DNA of 64,000 nucleotides from Rhodospirillaceae bacterium (GCA_002713365.1 PASR01000011.1:342110-406109); one strand, 5' to 3'. Positions 9,174 to 19,729 are shown, counted from the first letter of the stretch. A program made the numbers and translations. Notes: generated by a model not told the origin, from the letters alone.

Positions 9174-9316
9174 ATGATATGGCTCTTTATTTCAAGACTT
9201 TATCTAGATTGCTTGGGTTTCTTTCATAAATATCTTTGTAGGAGCTTTTAGCGCTAGTATTTAAATTATCCAAATTAATTTAAAAAAATTAATAAAGTAA
9301 AGTTAGGAATTATAAA

Positions 9317-9403
9317 ATGAAAGCAGCTGTTGTTATTGAAAACAGACTGACTATTATTGTTTACTTTGTAAATCAGATAAGCATATGGAGATCTAGCAAA
9401 TGA
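9317..9403 (+). pseudogene. Probable N-terminal stub of an MDR (zinc-binding/quinone oxidoreductase) gene
   Basis: AGGA RBS followed by MKAAVVIEN... (typical MDR start), then the sequence degenerates; stop overlaps the Rid start (ATGA). Confidence 0.4.
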
Positions 9404-9828
9404 AAATAAACTCAATCCATCCAGACCCCAGTCAAGCTGATAAACTTCCTTATTCACCATCTGTTTATATTCAAGGTGGTGGTGACTTGCTATTTATATC
9501 TGGTTCTACAGCGATACCTCTCTATCACTCGCACCCTCATGTGCATGAGGAACACATTCTACCAGATGATATACGTGAACAAACGCGGAGGGCTATGGAT
9601 GATATTAAACTCTCACTAGATGCGTGTAATATAGATTGGAACAATGTTGTAAAAGTAACTAAGTATCTTACAGATATGCGCGAAGCTGATGCTATGCACG
9701 AAGTGATGGGAGAATATTTTGGGGATTGGAAACCTGCAAGCACTATGGTTTGCATAAATAACCTAAGTTCGCCAGGCGCTAGGGTTGAAATAGATATGAT
9801 AGCTATGGTTCCTCATAACAAAGATTAA
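9400..9828 (+). CDS. Rid (YjgF/YER057c/UK114) family protein
   Basis: PYSP, LFISG, EQTRRA, NVVKVTKYLTD, PAST...VEID motifs. Confidence 0.88.
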   Translation: MKINSIHPDPSQADKLPYSPSVYIQGGGDLLFISGSTAIPLYHSHPHVHEEHILPDDIREQTRRAMDDIKLSLDACNIDWNNVVKVTKYLTDMREADAMHEVMGEYFGDWKPASTMVCINNLSSPGARVEIDMIAMVPHNKD

Positions 9829-9855
9829 ACACTCGATATTTAGGAAGCTCTCAAT

Positions 9856-10695
9856 ATGCCAGTTATATTTAACCAATCAGAAATAAATTATGAAAATTTG
9901 GGTTTAGGCGTTGAAGTAAAAGAATTAATAAACTTTGATAGAGTTAAATCAGACTATGTTAAAACGGAGATGTGGCATTTAGAAAATGGTGCCGAAGCTG
10001 ATTTTAGTGTTAAAAGCGATGCTCTTTCTTGGGTGCACACATTAAATGGATCCGCGTTAATTCAAACAGAATTAGGGGAGCAAGAAATAACCGAAGATTA
10101 TTTTTTATTACTACCACCTGGTTTAAAGGTAAAAATTATTAGTTTAAATGATGTAACATTATTTCGTGCAACAGTTCCAAATGCTCCACGATTTGATCAT
10201 GAATGGGACCAAAATAATATGGCTTTACGTTGTGTAAATTGGACTGAAGAACCCGTTTTAAATTCAGAATTTGATGCACGTAAAAGAATTTATATGCTGA
10301 CTCCTCAGCTTTCAGGTACCAAAGTGGCAAAGGGAGAAATGATACTTTATCCTCCAGGAACTGAAGCGGCTAATCACCACCATGAAGGAGCAGAGCATTT
10401 CCAGGTTGTTTTAAAGGGAAATGCAACGTTTTTTGTAAATGAAAAACCATATAAAATAAGTGCAGGCGACACTATATATATTTATGATAATGAAAGACAT
10501 TATTTTTTAAATGATGGTGAGGAAGAACTCTCATTTATTGAATATTTTGTGCCTGGTTTTTATAAAACAATATGGTCAGAGGGTGCTAATATCTGCACTT
10601 GGAATCCAACTGGGCAAAACATTAAAGGTGGTTTGCCTAGCAGAAAAATAGGCGCTCATTCTTCAGCAGAGGCTCATTCTAGAACAGATTTATAA
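9856..10695 (+). CDS. Bicupin domain protein
   Basis: C-terminal YPPGT.A..HHHEGAEHFQVVLKG...GD..YI...ERH; N-terminal cupin degenerate. Confidence 0.82.
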   Translation: MPVIFNQSEINYENLGLGVEVKELINFDRVKSDYVKTEMWHLENGAEADFSVKSDALSWVHTLNGSALIQTELGEQEITEDYFLLLPPGLKVKIISLNDVTLFRATVPNAPRFDHEWDQNNMALRCVNWTEEPVLNSEFDARKRIYMLTPQLSGTKVAKGEMILYPPGTEAANHHHEGAEHFQVVLKGNATFFVNEKPYKISAGDTIYIYDNERHYFLNDGEEELSFIEYFVPGFYKTIWSEGANICTWNPTGQNIKGGLPSRKIGAHSSAEAHSRTDL

Positions 10696-10765
10696 TTTTT
10701 CTCAGCTTATAAGTAAGGTGTTTTATGAATCAGTTTTTATATATTGACAATACGGAGATAGGATA

Positions 10766-11629
10766 ATGATAGGAATTATTGGTGGAACTGGAAATACAGG
10801 TAGTTGTGTTGTTTCTAGTCTTAAGTCAAAAAATGCAGATTTTGTATGTTTAGCTAGAGACCCATCAGCTGCTAAAGAAAAACTTGGTGAAGATGTATCA
10901 ATAGTAAAGGCTGATATTAATGACGCTGCTAGCATAGAAACTGGATTATCAGGCTGTACTAAATTATTTCTATTGTCTGGGCATAACCCTTCAATGGCAC
11001 AACAGGAAATCTCAGTTATTGAGACTGCTGAAAGCGTTGGGGTAAAACATATAGTTAAACTTTCTGGAGGAGACGCTATCGTTCAGGAAAATACACCAGC
11101 TATGATTGGTCGAGCTCACTGGGAAATAGAGCAGGCCCTTAAATCTAGTAATATGGATTGGACTATTTTGCGGCCTGCATTTTTCATGCAAAACCTATTA
11201 AATACGGCGCCTATGGTCTTAGGACAAGCTAAGATAATGATGCCTATAATTGCAGATGTTAAGATAGCTATGATTGATGTTCGAGACACCGGTGATGTTG
11301 CTGCGTCGGTACTTACTGAGGACGGTCATAGTAAAAAAACATACTTTTTAGGTGGATATGATTATACACTTAATGATTTTTCTGACAAAATATCTGATGA
11401 GCTTGGTAATCAAATACCTTTTATCGAAATTCCGATAGAAAATGCTGTTGCTGCCATGAAAGAAAGAGGTATGCCAGACTGGTTAATTGACCATCAAGTA
11501 ACCCTAATGAAGCTTGTGAGTTCGGGTGTGGCCGCCGGTGCAAATGCTAACATTGAAAATATAAGTGGTCATAAGGCACGCTCTCTGGCCAATTTTGTGA
11601 AAGATCATATTAATATTTTTAAAGGTTAA
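10766..11629 (+). CDS. NmrA-like/atypical SDR NAD(P)-binding protein
   Basis: IIGGTGNTG, H..IEQ, WTILRPAFFMQN, IDVRDTG. Confidence 0.87.
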   Translation: MIGIIGGTGNTGSCVVSSLKSKNADFVCLARDPSAAKEKLGEDVSIVKADINDAASIETGLSGCTKLFLLSGHNPSMAQQEISVIETAESVGVKHIVKLSGGDAIVQENTPAMIGRAHWEIEQALKSSNMDWTILRPAFFMQNLLNTAPMVLGQAKIMMPIIADVKIAMIDVRDTGDVAASVLTEDGHSKKTYFLGGYDYTLNDFSDKISDELGNQIPFIEIPIENAVAAMKERGMPDWLIDHQVTLMKLVSSGVAAGANANIENISGHKARSLANFVKDHINIFKG

Positions 11630-11824
11630 AATGGATAAATATTGGCGTATATTATAATTTATCTAAGATATAAATAAAGTTACGTTATTACTTCATAATT
11701 AACTTTACTGATAAGCTACATTACTTCTTAACTAGAAGAAATCATTAGTAATTAATGTAATTAATAATCCTTTAAAGAAATTATTTTACAGTAAATTAAT
11801 AAATGTAGTTTTATGGAGAAAAGA

Positions 11825-12715
11825 ATGAAAGTTGGCTTTATCGGTGTTGGTATTATGGGAAGCGGTATGGCCCGTAATCTTCTTAAAGCTGGATATGATG
11901 TGACTGTTTATAATAGAACGCGCTCTAAGGCAGAATCTTTATCTTCTGAGGGAGCCAATATAGCTGATGAACCAGTAGATGTTGCAAAAATTTCAGATAT
12001 ATTAATTACCGTTCTAGAAGGAGATAAATCTGTCGAAGAAGTACTTTTTAATGGAGGTATAGACCTTATTTCTAATCTACCTGAGAATGCTATTCATATA
12101 TCTATGGAAACTATCAGTGTAAATTATAGTAGACTATTAAATAAAAATCATAAGAAAAAAGGTAAGGGTTTTATTGCTGCACCGATTATAGGTCGTGGTG
12201 ATGCTGCTGAAGCTGGTGAACTTACTTTGATAGTTGGAGGTTCAGCCATAGATGTTGATAGATGCAGCTTAGTTTTTGATGCTATTAGTAAAAATTTTGT
12301 ACATGTAGGTGAAGCACCTGATATGGCGGCATTTGTTAAGCTTTCTAATAATTATCTTATTGCGGGGGCATTAGGGGCAATGGGAGAGGCTTTTGCAGTA
12401 GTTCGTAAGGCAGGAGTGGATCCACAGGTGTTTTATGATTTAATTACAACAACTATGTTTTCTGCACCAATATACAAATATTATGGTTCAAATGTAGTTA
12501 ATGATATTCACTCACCTCCAAATTTTAGAACAGAATTAGGTTTGAAAGATATAACTCAAATGATTGATAGCGCGGCTAACCTTGGGGTGCCAATGCCTCT
12601 TGGTGAGTTGCTTCAGGGCCAGATTAGCCAAACTATAGACGCAGGTGACCGAGACCTGGACTGGTCTGCAATGGCAAGGGTAGCAGCAAGAGCTGCTGGC
12701 CTGGAGGTTAAGTAA
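11825..12715 (+). CDS. Beta-hydroxyacid dehydrogenase (3-hydroxyisobutyrate/6-PG dehydrogenase family)
   Basis: GFIGVGIMG..MARNL, YNRT, AP..G, KLSNN, F...LGLKD; GGAG RBS before ATG at 11825. Confidence 0.88.
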   Translation: MKVGFIGVGIMGSGMARNLLKAGYDVTVYNRTRSKAESLSSEGANIADEPVDVAKISDILITVLEGDKSVEEVLFNGGIDLISNLPENAIHISMETISVNYSRLLNKNHKKKGKGFIAAPIIGRGDAAEAGELTLIVGGSAIDVDRCSLVFDAISKNFVHVGEAPDMAAFVKLSNNYLIAGALGAMGEAFAVVRKAGVDPQVFYDLITTTMFSAPIYKYYGSNVVNDIHSPPNFRTELGLKDITQMIDSAANLGVPMPLGELLQGQISQTIDAGDRDLDWSAMARVAARAAGLEVK

Positions 12716-12773
12716 CTATAATTGTTATGATAATAGTTTTGCAAATATTTATTTCTCATGATTGGGGAAGCTT

Positions 12774-13766
12774 ATGTTAAAAGCTGCAGTTATAGGACTG
12801 GGATGGTGGGGTAAACAAATAGTAACTTGTTTGTCAAATAGTAAGATTATTAACGTTACCCATGGAGTGGATGTTGACATAGATAATGTATCTAATTTTG
12901 CTTTTGAAAATGGTCTAAGTATTGACGATTCATACGATAACGTTCTGTCAAACCCCGAGATTGATGCAGTAATACTGGTTACTCCGCATTTGTTACATGA
13001 AAAGCAAGTTATCGCTGCTGCTAAGTCCGGTAAGCAAATCTTCTGTGAAAAACCTTTTGCTTTAAATAAAACAGCGGCTAAACGCATGCTTGCCGCTTGT
13101 GAGAAAAATAATATTATCGTTGGAATTGGACATGAGCGTCGTTTTGAACCCGCTTTAGAAGCTATGAAAGATTATTATGATATGGGTAAGTTTGGTACGC
13201 TTATACATATAGAGTGTAATTGGTCTCATAATAATTTTACCAAGAATGTTGCTTCGGGTTGGAGAAAAGATCCAAAACAAGCTCCGGCAGGTACTCTTAC
13301 CGCCCTAGGTGTGCACATAACAGATTATTTTCAGTCAGTTGCTGGTCCAGTGGCTAAATTGAAAGCCCAGACGGCGCATAGATCAAACCTTTTTCCGTCT
13401 AATGATATTGTTGCTGTTCAATTTACCTTCGAAAGTGGAGCGACAGGTTACATGTGCAATATTGCGACTACTCCATTCTATAGTCGTATTAATATATTTG
13501 GTGATAAAGGTTGGTGTGAGGCAAGAGAAAACTCGAATGTTGATATTCCAGAACCCGCAACCTTAACTACTCGTTGGCTCGATGAAGAGCTAACTACACA
13601 AACTTTTGCTTCGTCAAATGTAGTTAGGGCAAACTTAGAACAATGGGCTAATTCTGTTCTTGGAAATTGCGATTACAGATTTACCAATGAACAAAAACTA
13701 CATAATGTCGAAATCCTAGAGGCTATTGTAAAATCAGCTAAAAATGATAAAGAAGTTCTAGTTTGA
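12774..13766 (+). CDS. Gfo/Idh/MocA family oxidoreductase
   Basis: IGLGWWG, TPH..H, CEKP, GHERRF, GVH..D. Confidence 0.9.
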   Translation: MLKAAVIGLGWWGKQIVTCLSNSKIINVTHGVDVDIDNVSNFAFENGLSIDDSYDNVLSNPEIDAVILVTPHLLHEKQVIAAAKSGKQIFCEKPFALNKTAAKRMLAACEKNNIIVGIGHERRFEPALEAMKDYYDMGKFGTLIHIECNWSHNNFTKNVASGWRKDPKQAPAGTLTALGVHITDYFQSVAGPVAKLKAQTAHRSNLFPSNDIVAVQFTFESGATGYMCNIATTPFYSRINIFGDKGWCEARENSNVDIPEPATLTTRWLDEELTTQTFASSNVVRANLEQWANSVLGNCDYRFTNEQKLHNVEILEAIVKSAKNDKEVLV

Positions 13767-13795
13767 TATCACACTAGTGCCCAAATTCATTTATA

Positions 13796-14824
13796 TCAGT
13801 GATCTTCATTCCAATGTACCATCGGTAGGCCAGCTACTGGGGATGTAAAATATGGTAAATTTGTTGAGCGGAGACTGCCGACGTAAACTGTCTTAAGATC
13901 TGGTCCTCCAAAAGTTACCGAAGCGCACCATGTTGCAATCTCTCCACCACATGAAAGTAGTAGTTCAGCATCAACTGTGCTAGCTTGAAAGGCATCGTCA
14001 AGTTTCTTAACTTCTTCGGGGTTGGAATCATCAAATATCATAACGTAATCGCCATCTGGCTTAATTACGAAAAGACCGTCCGTCATTACATGCGTACCCC
14101 AAAGATTTCCATAGGCATCGAAAGCACAACCATCTATAAACCTACCAGTATCGCTAGGGCCATAAATTTCTTTTGTACCTAAATCTCCATGATCATCAAT
14201 CTTATAACGAGCAATATTGCGTCCACACGTTTGGACAACATAGAGGTATTCTTCGTTAGCATCTAGTTTACACTCATTTGAGAAGTGAACGTCATCTGCT
14301 ACAATACGAACACCTTTATCCTCTTCATATAATAATACTCTTCCATCAATTAGGTTTTTATCAATAGCTTTGGGCCAGTCGTGTAACATTGTCGAGACTG
14401 TAATCCATATACGATTCTTACTGTCGCGACAAACAAAGTTCACTTTGCCGATGGCGTCACCATCAACAGTGTCAAACATTACTGTTGTTTCCCCATTTCT
14501 GGTCATTCTCTCAAGACAGTCAGTGCCAAAATTAGAAATCAGAATATCGCCATTACTTGCAAAGGCTAATCCGTTAGGTAAGGTACCATCAACAAACTTA
14601 TTACTATCATCAGTTGAGGTGCCAAATGCATCAGCATTATGTGATTGAGTAATGATTTGTTGGGAACCGTTAGGTGAAATCTTAACTACGCCACCTCGGG
14701 CATCAGCTGACCACAATGTTCCATTTTTTTCAGCTAAAATACATTCTGGTCTTTGTAAGCCTTCTCCAATAAAGCTAAAATCTTCCTTACTTAATCTGAA
14801 ACCATCGATTGGATTATCTGACAT
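13796..14824 (-). CDS. SMP-30/gluconolactonase/LRE family protein
   Basis: RPECI, PNGLA, NFV..D, DGCAFDAYGNLW, ASVTFGGPDLKTVYVGSL; GAGG RBS before ATG at 14824. Confidence 0.88.
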   Translation of the reverse strand: MSDNPIDGFRLSKEDFSFIGEGLQRPECILAEKNGTLWSADARGGVVKISPNGSQQIITQSHNADAFGTSTDDSNKFVDGTLPNGLAFASNGDILISNFGTDCLERMTRNGETTVMFDTVDGDAIGKVNFVCRDSKNRIWITVSTMLHDWPKAIDKNLIDGRVLLYEEDKGVRIVADDVHFSNECKLDANEEYLYVVQTCGRNIARYKIDDHGDLGTKEIYGPSDTGRFIDGCAFDAYGNLWGTHVMTDGLFVIKPDGDYVMIFDDSNPEEVKKLDDAFQASTVDAELLLSCGGEIATWCASVTFGGPDLKTVYVGSLRSTNLPYFTSPVAGLPMVHWNEDH

Positions 14825-14859
14825 TATACATAACCTCAAGTAATAATTATTATTAATTT

Positions 14860-16041
14860 TTATACTATTTCGAACAGGCCTGCTGCGCCCATTCCTCCTC
14901 CTACGCACATAGTGACTACACCATATTTCGCGCCACGTCTCTTGCCTTCAATAAGGAGATGTCCTGTTAGTCTCGCTCCACTCATCCCATAAGGATGGCC
15001 TACTGAAATAGCACCACCATTTACATTAAATTTATTTGGATCAATACCTAGATTATCTCGACAGTAAACTGTCTGGGCAGCAAAGGCTTCGTTGAGTTCC
15101 CAAAGATCAATATCATCAATGGAGAGACCAGCTTTTTGAAGAAGTTTAGGCACAGCTAAGACTGGTCCAATGCCCATTTCATCTGGTTCACAGCCCGCAA
15201 CTGCAAAACCACGGAAATAGCCAAGAGGAGACAACCCTCGCTGTTCAGCAATATCAGCATTAATGATAACACATGCTGATGCCCCATCTGAAAGCTGGCT
15301 GGCATTTCCAGGTGTTATATATCCACCTTCTTTGACAGGATTAAGCTTAGCTAAATCATTTTCATTAGTTTGGGGTCTATTACCTTCATCTTTTTCTAAA
15401 TTTACGGATTTTTCACTTATTTCCCCAGTTTCTTTGTTTTTTAAAAGCATTACTGAAGCTAGCGGTACAATCTCGTCATCAAATTTTCCCGCTTGTTGTG
15501 CTGCAGCGGTTCGCTTTTGACTTGATAGGGCGTATTCATCTTGCTTATCGCGGCTTATACTGTATCTCTCTGCAACATTTTCAGCAGTATCAAGCATATT
15601 CATGTAGATATCAGGTCTATGCTCAACTAACCAAGGATCCTCACTTTTTGGTTCGACCTGGTGTTCAGGAGGTAATTGGCTAATAACTTCTACTCCTCCT
15701 GCGACACCAATATCTATTTCTCCGACCATAATTCGTTGTGATGTCATGGCTATTGTCTGAAGACCTGAAGAACAGAAACGGTTAACGGTGGCTGCACTGG
15801 CAGTAACTGGCATACCTGCACGCATTGCGCTAACTCGTGCTACATTCATGCCTGTTTGGCCTTGGGGAAAGCCGCAACCAATTAGAATATCTTCAATCTC
15901 TAATGGATCAATCTCAGAGCGTTTTACTGCATGTTTAATAGCGTGTCCCATTAAGTCCACACCATGTGTATTATTAAACGCACCTCGATATGCTTTACCT
16001 ATTGCCGTTCTTGCAGTAGCTACTATCGCTGCTTCAGCCAT
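14860..16041 (-). CDS. Acetyl-CoA C-acyltransferase (thiolase)
   Basis: [32 protein letters not shown] catalytic motifs. Confidence 0.95.
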   Translation of the reverse strand: MAEAAIVATARTAIGKAYRGAFNNTHGVDLMGHAIKHAVKRSEIDPLEIEDILIGCGFPQGQTGMNVARVSAMRAGMPVTASAATVNRFCSSGLQTIAMTSQRIMVGEIDIGVAGGVEVISQLPPEHQVEPKSEDPWLVEHRPDIYMNMLDTAENVAERYSISRDKQDEYALSSQKRTAAAQQAGKFDDEIVPLASVMLLKNKETGEISEKSVNLEKDEGNRPQTNENDLAKLNPVKEGGYITPGNASQLSDGASACVIINADIAEQRGLSPLGYFRGFAVAGCEPDEMGIGPVLAVPKLLQKAGLSIDDIDLWELNEAFAAQTVYCRDNLGIDPNKFNVNGGAISVGHPYGMSGARLTGHLLIEGKRRGAKYGVVTMCVGGGMGAAGLFEIV

Positions 16042-16078
16042 CGTTTACCGTCCTGATCAGTAATAAAATAAGTTCGAT

Positions 16079-17014
16079 TTAGAACTTAACCATGTCTCCA
16101 CCTTTAAGATCGAGTATCTCACGTGCTTCATCTGGTGAAGCAATATCCAAGGATAAGTTCTCACAAATACTACGTATCTTAGCCACTTGAGATGCGTTAG
16201 AATCAGCTAGTTCTCCTTTTGAAATGTAAAGTGAGTCTTCTAATCCAACGCGAACGCTACCTCCCATCATAGCTGATTGAGTAGTAAAGTTCATTTGGTG
16301 GCGACCAGCGGCAAGTACTGAGAAAACATAATCGTCACCAAACAACCGGTCAGCTGTAGATTTCATATGCATGAGATGATCTAATTCTGCACCAATACCA
16401 CCCATTATACCAAAAATAAATTGAAGAAATATTGGACCTTTTAGGCGGCCCGTTGAATAAAAATAATGTGTGTTATAGAGGTGACCAACATCATAGCATT
16501 CATGTTCAAATTTAACGCCACGCTTATCTGCCAATTCTGTTATAATATATTCAATTTGTTTGAAGGTGTTTGTGAAAATGAAGTCGTCAGTCATTTCTAG
16601 ATAGGGCTTTTCCCAATCATATTTCCAATCTTCATAACGCTTTGCTAGATTAAAAATACCAAAATTCATTGAACCCATATTTAGCGATGTTACTTCTGGC
16701 TCTGCTACGACTGCTGCAGCAATACGTTCATCTACTGACATGCCTAGACCACCGCCGGTAGTTATATTTACTACGGCATCTGTATTTTGTTTTATTCTTG
16801 GTAAAAATTCCATAAATACGTCTGGTGATGGGGTAGGCTTGCCATCCTCTGGATCACGCGCATGTAGATGAATTATAGAAGCTCCAGCCTCGGCTGCTTC
16901 TATTGAAGCTTGAGCTATTTCATCAGGTGTAATCGGAATATGTGGTGACATAGTCGGTGTATGAATTGCACCTGTTATTGCGCAAGAAATGATAACTTTA
17001 GTCTTCTTTGCCAT
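16079..17014 (-). CDS. Beta-keto acid cleavage enzyme (BKACE/DUF849, Kce family)
   Basis: CAITG.IHTP, IIHLHAR, TTGG, SLNMGS, E.ECYD, RVGLED. Confidence 0.93.
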   Translation of the reverse strand: MAKKTKVIISCAITGAIHTPTMSPHIPITPDEIAQASIEAAEAGASIIHLHARDPEDGKPTPSPDVFMEFLPRIKQNTDAVVNITTGGGLGMSVDERIAAAVVAEPEVTSLNMGSMNFGIFNLAKRYEDWKYDWEKPYLEMTDDFIFTNTFKQIEYIITELADKRGVKFEHECYDVGHLYNTHYFYSTGRLKGPIFLQFIFGIMGGIGAELDHLMHMKSTADRLFGDDYVFSVLAAGRHQMNFTTQSAMMGGSVRVGLEDSLYISKGELADSNASQVAKIRSICENLSLDIASPDEAREILDLKGGDMVKF

Positions 17015-17381
17015 GAGTTTCCCCCTATATTATTGTTGGCTTACTATTAATTGCCGTATTATTTTGAACCAAAGGTATATATTCCCCACTATTTTTTCTG
17101 GGTTGTTCAACAAATAATTTAACTATTTTTATCATAGTACAGATAAAAAAGTTATATGGCGATACAGTAATTATCAAATTTTTTATTTAAAAATAATTTA
17201 GCAGAATACTAAGTCAATTGTTTGACAGTATTTTTATAAAAGACCTTGTATATAAATATTCTGGAATAATCCATGTTATCTGAAGTTAATTAGTTTTTTA
17301 AAGACATAATAAATTAATAGTATATTTTGATATTACGTGCTGAATAGTAGTAAAATATTATACTTATAAAGGGAGGATACA

Positions 17382-18350
17382 ATGAAATTAGTAACATTTA
17401 CTATAGGCTCGGGAGAGCCGAGAGTTGGTGCAATTAATCTCGATGAAACACGCGTTGTTGATTTAGCAGCAGTAGATAATCAACCTTATTTTTCTGATAT
17501 GTTAGGCTTAATTGAATCAGGAGACGTGGCAGTTAATTTAGCTAAGCAGATAATTTCTTCGATAGATGAACGCAATTCACATCCTCTTGCTGATGTTAAA
17601 ATAAAATCACCAATACTAGCTCCACCACAAATACGTGATTTTTTGTGTTTTGAGGAACATTTAATTAACGCATTTGCTATGTTAAGAAAAAAGAAGGCTG
17701 AAGCAGAGCCCGATCCTATAGAAGCCCTGAAACGGTTTGAAAAAGAAGGAGCCTTTGAACCTCCCAAGATTTGGTATGAACAACCACTTTATTATAAAGC
17801 TAGTAGATTTGGTGTGATTGGAACTGATGAAGATGTTATATGGCCGCATTTTTCAGAATCTCTAGATTATGAAATGGAGTTTGGCGCCTGGCTAGGAAAG
17901 CCTGGCAAAGATGTTACGCCTGAAGAGGCTACAGATATGATTTTTGGCTACTCAATATTTAATGATATAAGTGCTAGAGATACTCAAGCTAGGGAAATGC
18001 CAGCTGGATTTGGACCCGGAAAAGGTAAAGATTTTGAAACTGGTATGATTATTGGGCCATGTATAGTTACAGCAGATTCCTTTGATCCATATAATTGTGA
18101 GTTAATAGTGCGTGTGAATGGTGATGAAGTAAGTCGCGGTAACGGTGGCAGTATGTATTGGAAATTTGAGGATTGTATCGCTCATACTTCGCGAGCAGAG
18201 ACACTATATCCTGGGGAGTTTTTTTGTTCAGGAACCGTTGGCGGAGGTTCAGGTCTAGAGCTTGATAGATTTCTTGAACCTAATGATGTTGTTGAACTAG
18301 AAGTTACGGGAATTGGAGTTCTTCGTAACCGTATTATAAGGCCTGATTAG
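17382..18350 (+). CDS. Fumarylacetoacetate hydrolase family protein
   Basis: RDFLCFEEH, LDYEMEF, FNDISARD, KGKDF, GP, SGT, GIG.L.N. Confidence 0.92.
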   Translation: MKLVTFTIGSGEPRVGAINLDETRVVDLAAVDNQPYFSDMLGLIESGDVAVNLAKQIISSIDERNSHPLADVKIKSPILAPPQIRDFLCFEEHLINAFAMLRKKKAEAEPDPIEALKRFEKEGAFEPPKIWYEQPLYYKASRFGVIGTDEDVIWPHFSESLDYEMEFGAWLGKPGKDVTPEEATDMIFGYSIFNDISARDTQAREMPAGFGPGKGKDFETGMIIGPCIVTADSFDPYNCELIVRVNGDEVSRGNGGSMYWKFEDCIAHTSRAETLYPGEFFCSGTVGGGSGLELDRFLEPNDVVELEVTGIGVLRNRIIRPD

Positions 18351-18457
18351 GTAACAAAATTAACTACACATTAATTATGCTAGCTTATTTAAAAAGTGGC
18401 TATTGAAAATTACAGTTAAGTGACCGCGAATCTTATATATTTTATGATGGGGTAACG

Positions 18458-19639
18458 ATGGAAGAGATTTTTATACAAACAGAGGAACAAAGAGCAATAC
18501 TTGAATCGGTCCGACGTTTTGTTGAAGAGGAGGTGACGCCGCGAGCGGCTACACTTGATGCCGAACTTGATCCTGAGGATGGGTTTTCTTGGGAAATTAT
18601 TGAAGCAGCTGATAAGTTTGGTTTAAGGACAATGGCATTATCAGAAGAATATGGTGGAATGGGTACGGATTCTCTTACCACTGCTATGGTTGTTGAAGAA
18701 CTTGGACGTGGCGATCTTGGAATTTCAGTTGTATTTGCGCAAACACTGAAGATCGCTCAAATTATGGAAAAGGCACTTAATGAGGAGCAAAAGGCTCGGG
18801 CATTAATTCCATTTGTGGAAGATCCGCGGGCGATCCTTAGCATTTGTATTACTGAACCAGAAAATGCCTCTAATTATCTGGTGCCATATCCTTCATCATT
18901 TACTACTAAAGCTGAAAAAGCTGAAGGTGGGTGGATAGTAAATGGAATGAAACATTTCATTTCTAATAGTAATCGTTCCCGGTTTTTTCTTATTTTTGTG
19001 CAGACTGATAAAGATAAACCGTTTACAGAAGGGTCTAGCTGCTTCTTATTAGAAAAGGGACATCCAGGTTTTACCGTAGGTCGTGTACATGACAAAATGG
19101 GAGAACGCTTAGCAAATAATTCAGAGCTTTTTTTCGATGATTGTTTTATTCCTGAAGAAAACCTTGTGGGCCAGGTTAATAACGGATTGAAAACTCTTGG
19201 TGAATTTTTTCCACAAAGTAATGCGTATGCTGGAGCAAGTATACTGGGAGTTGCTGTAGCTTGTTATGAAAAATCTTTACACTGGGCCCAGACTAGGGTG
19301 CAGGGTGGTAAACCCTTAATTGAACATGATGGTATAAGAGCTCAAATTGCTGAGATGAAAATGCTTATCGATGCTTCCCGAGCGTATATACACCGTGCTG
19401 CATGGTTGGCGGACCATCAGGAATATGGATGGGACCTTTCATTAGGTGCACTACCCAAGGTTATGGCGTCACAGGCTGCATGGAAAATCGCTACTTGGAC
19501 TCTAGAGATCCATGGTGGTCATGGTTATATGAAAGAGGCAGGTGTTGAGAAATTGATCAGAGACTCTGCAGCTTTTTTACACTCAGATGGTGTCAATAGA
19601 ACGTTATTGCTTCGCGCGGCTAACTTTATGGAATGGTAA
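18458..19639 (+). CDS. Acyl-CoA dehydrogenase family protein
   Basis: EEYGG.G, ITEP..ASN, NGMKHFISN, KMG.R, R.Q.GKP, IHGGHGY...VEKLIRD. Confidence 0.9.
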   Translation: MEEIFIQTEEQRAILESVRRFVEEEVTPRAATLDAELDPEDGFSWEIIEAADKFGLRTMALSEEYGGMGTDSLTTAMVVEELGRGDLGISVVFAQTLKIAQIMEKALNEEQKARALIPFVEDPRAILSICITEPENASNYLVPYPSSFTTKAEKAEGGWIVNGMKHFISNSNRSRFFLIFVQTDKDKPFTEGSSCFLLEKGHPGFTVGRVHDKMGERLANNSELFFDDCFIPEENLVGQVNNGLKTLGEFFPQSNAYAGASILGVAVACYEKSLHWAQTRVQGGKPLIEHDGIRAQIAEMKMLIDASRAYIHRAAWLADHQEYGWDLSLGALPKVMASQAAWKIATWTLEIHGGHGYMKEAGVEKLIRDSAAFLHSDGVNRTLLLRAANFMEW

Positions 19640-19729
19640 TTATTATTACTTAAGTTAGTCAAAAAGTAATTACAGTTTTTTTATGAATGTTGCTACGCTA
19701 CGACAAAAATATAATTGAGGAAACATTTA

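Noticed and set aside
10725..10766. 13-codon ORF MNQFLYIDNTEIG with TAATG coupling to the NmrA gene
   Set aside because: Too short and has no recognisable similarity; could easily be chance.
14825..14908. Arg-rich N-terminal extension of the SMP-30 ORF
   Set aside because: Overlaps the thiolase 3' end in another frame; the RBS supports ATG at 14824.
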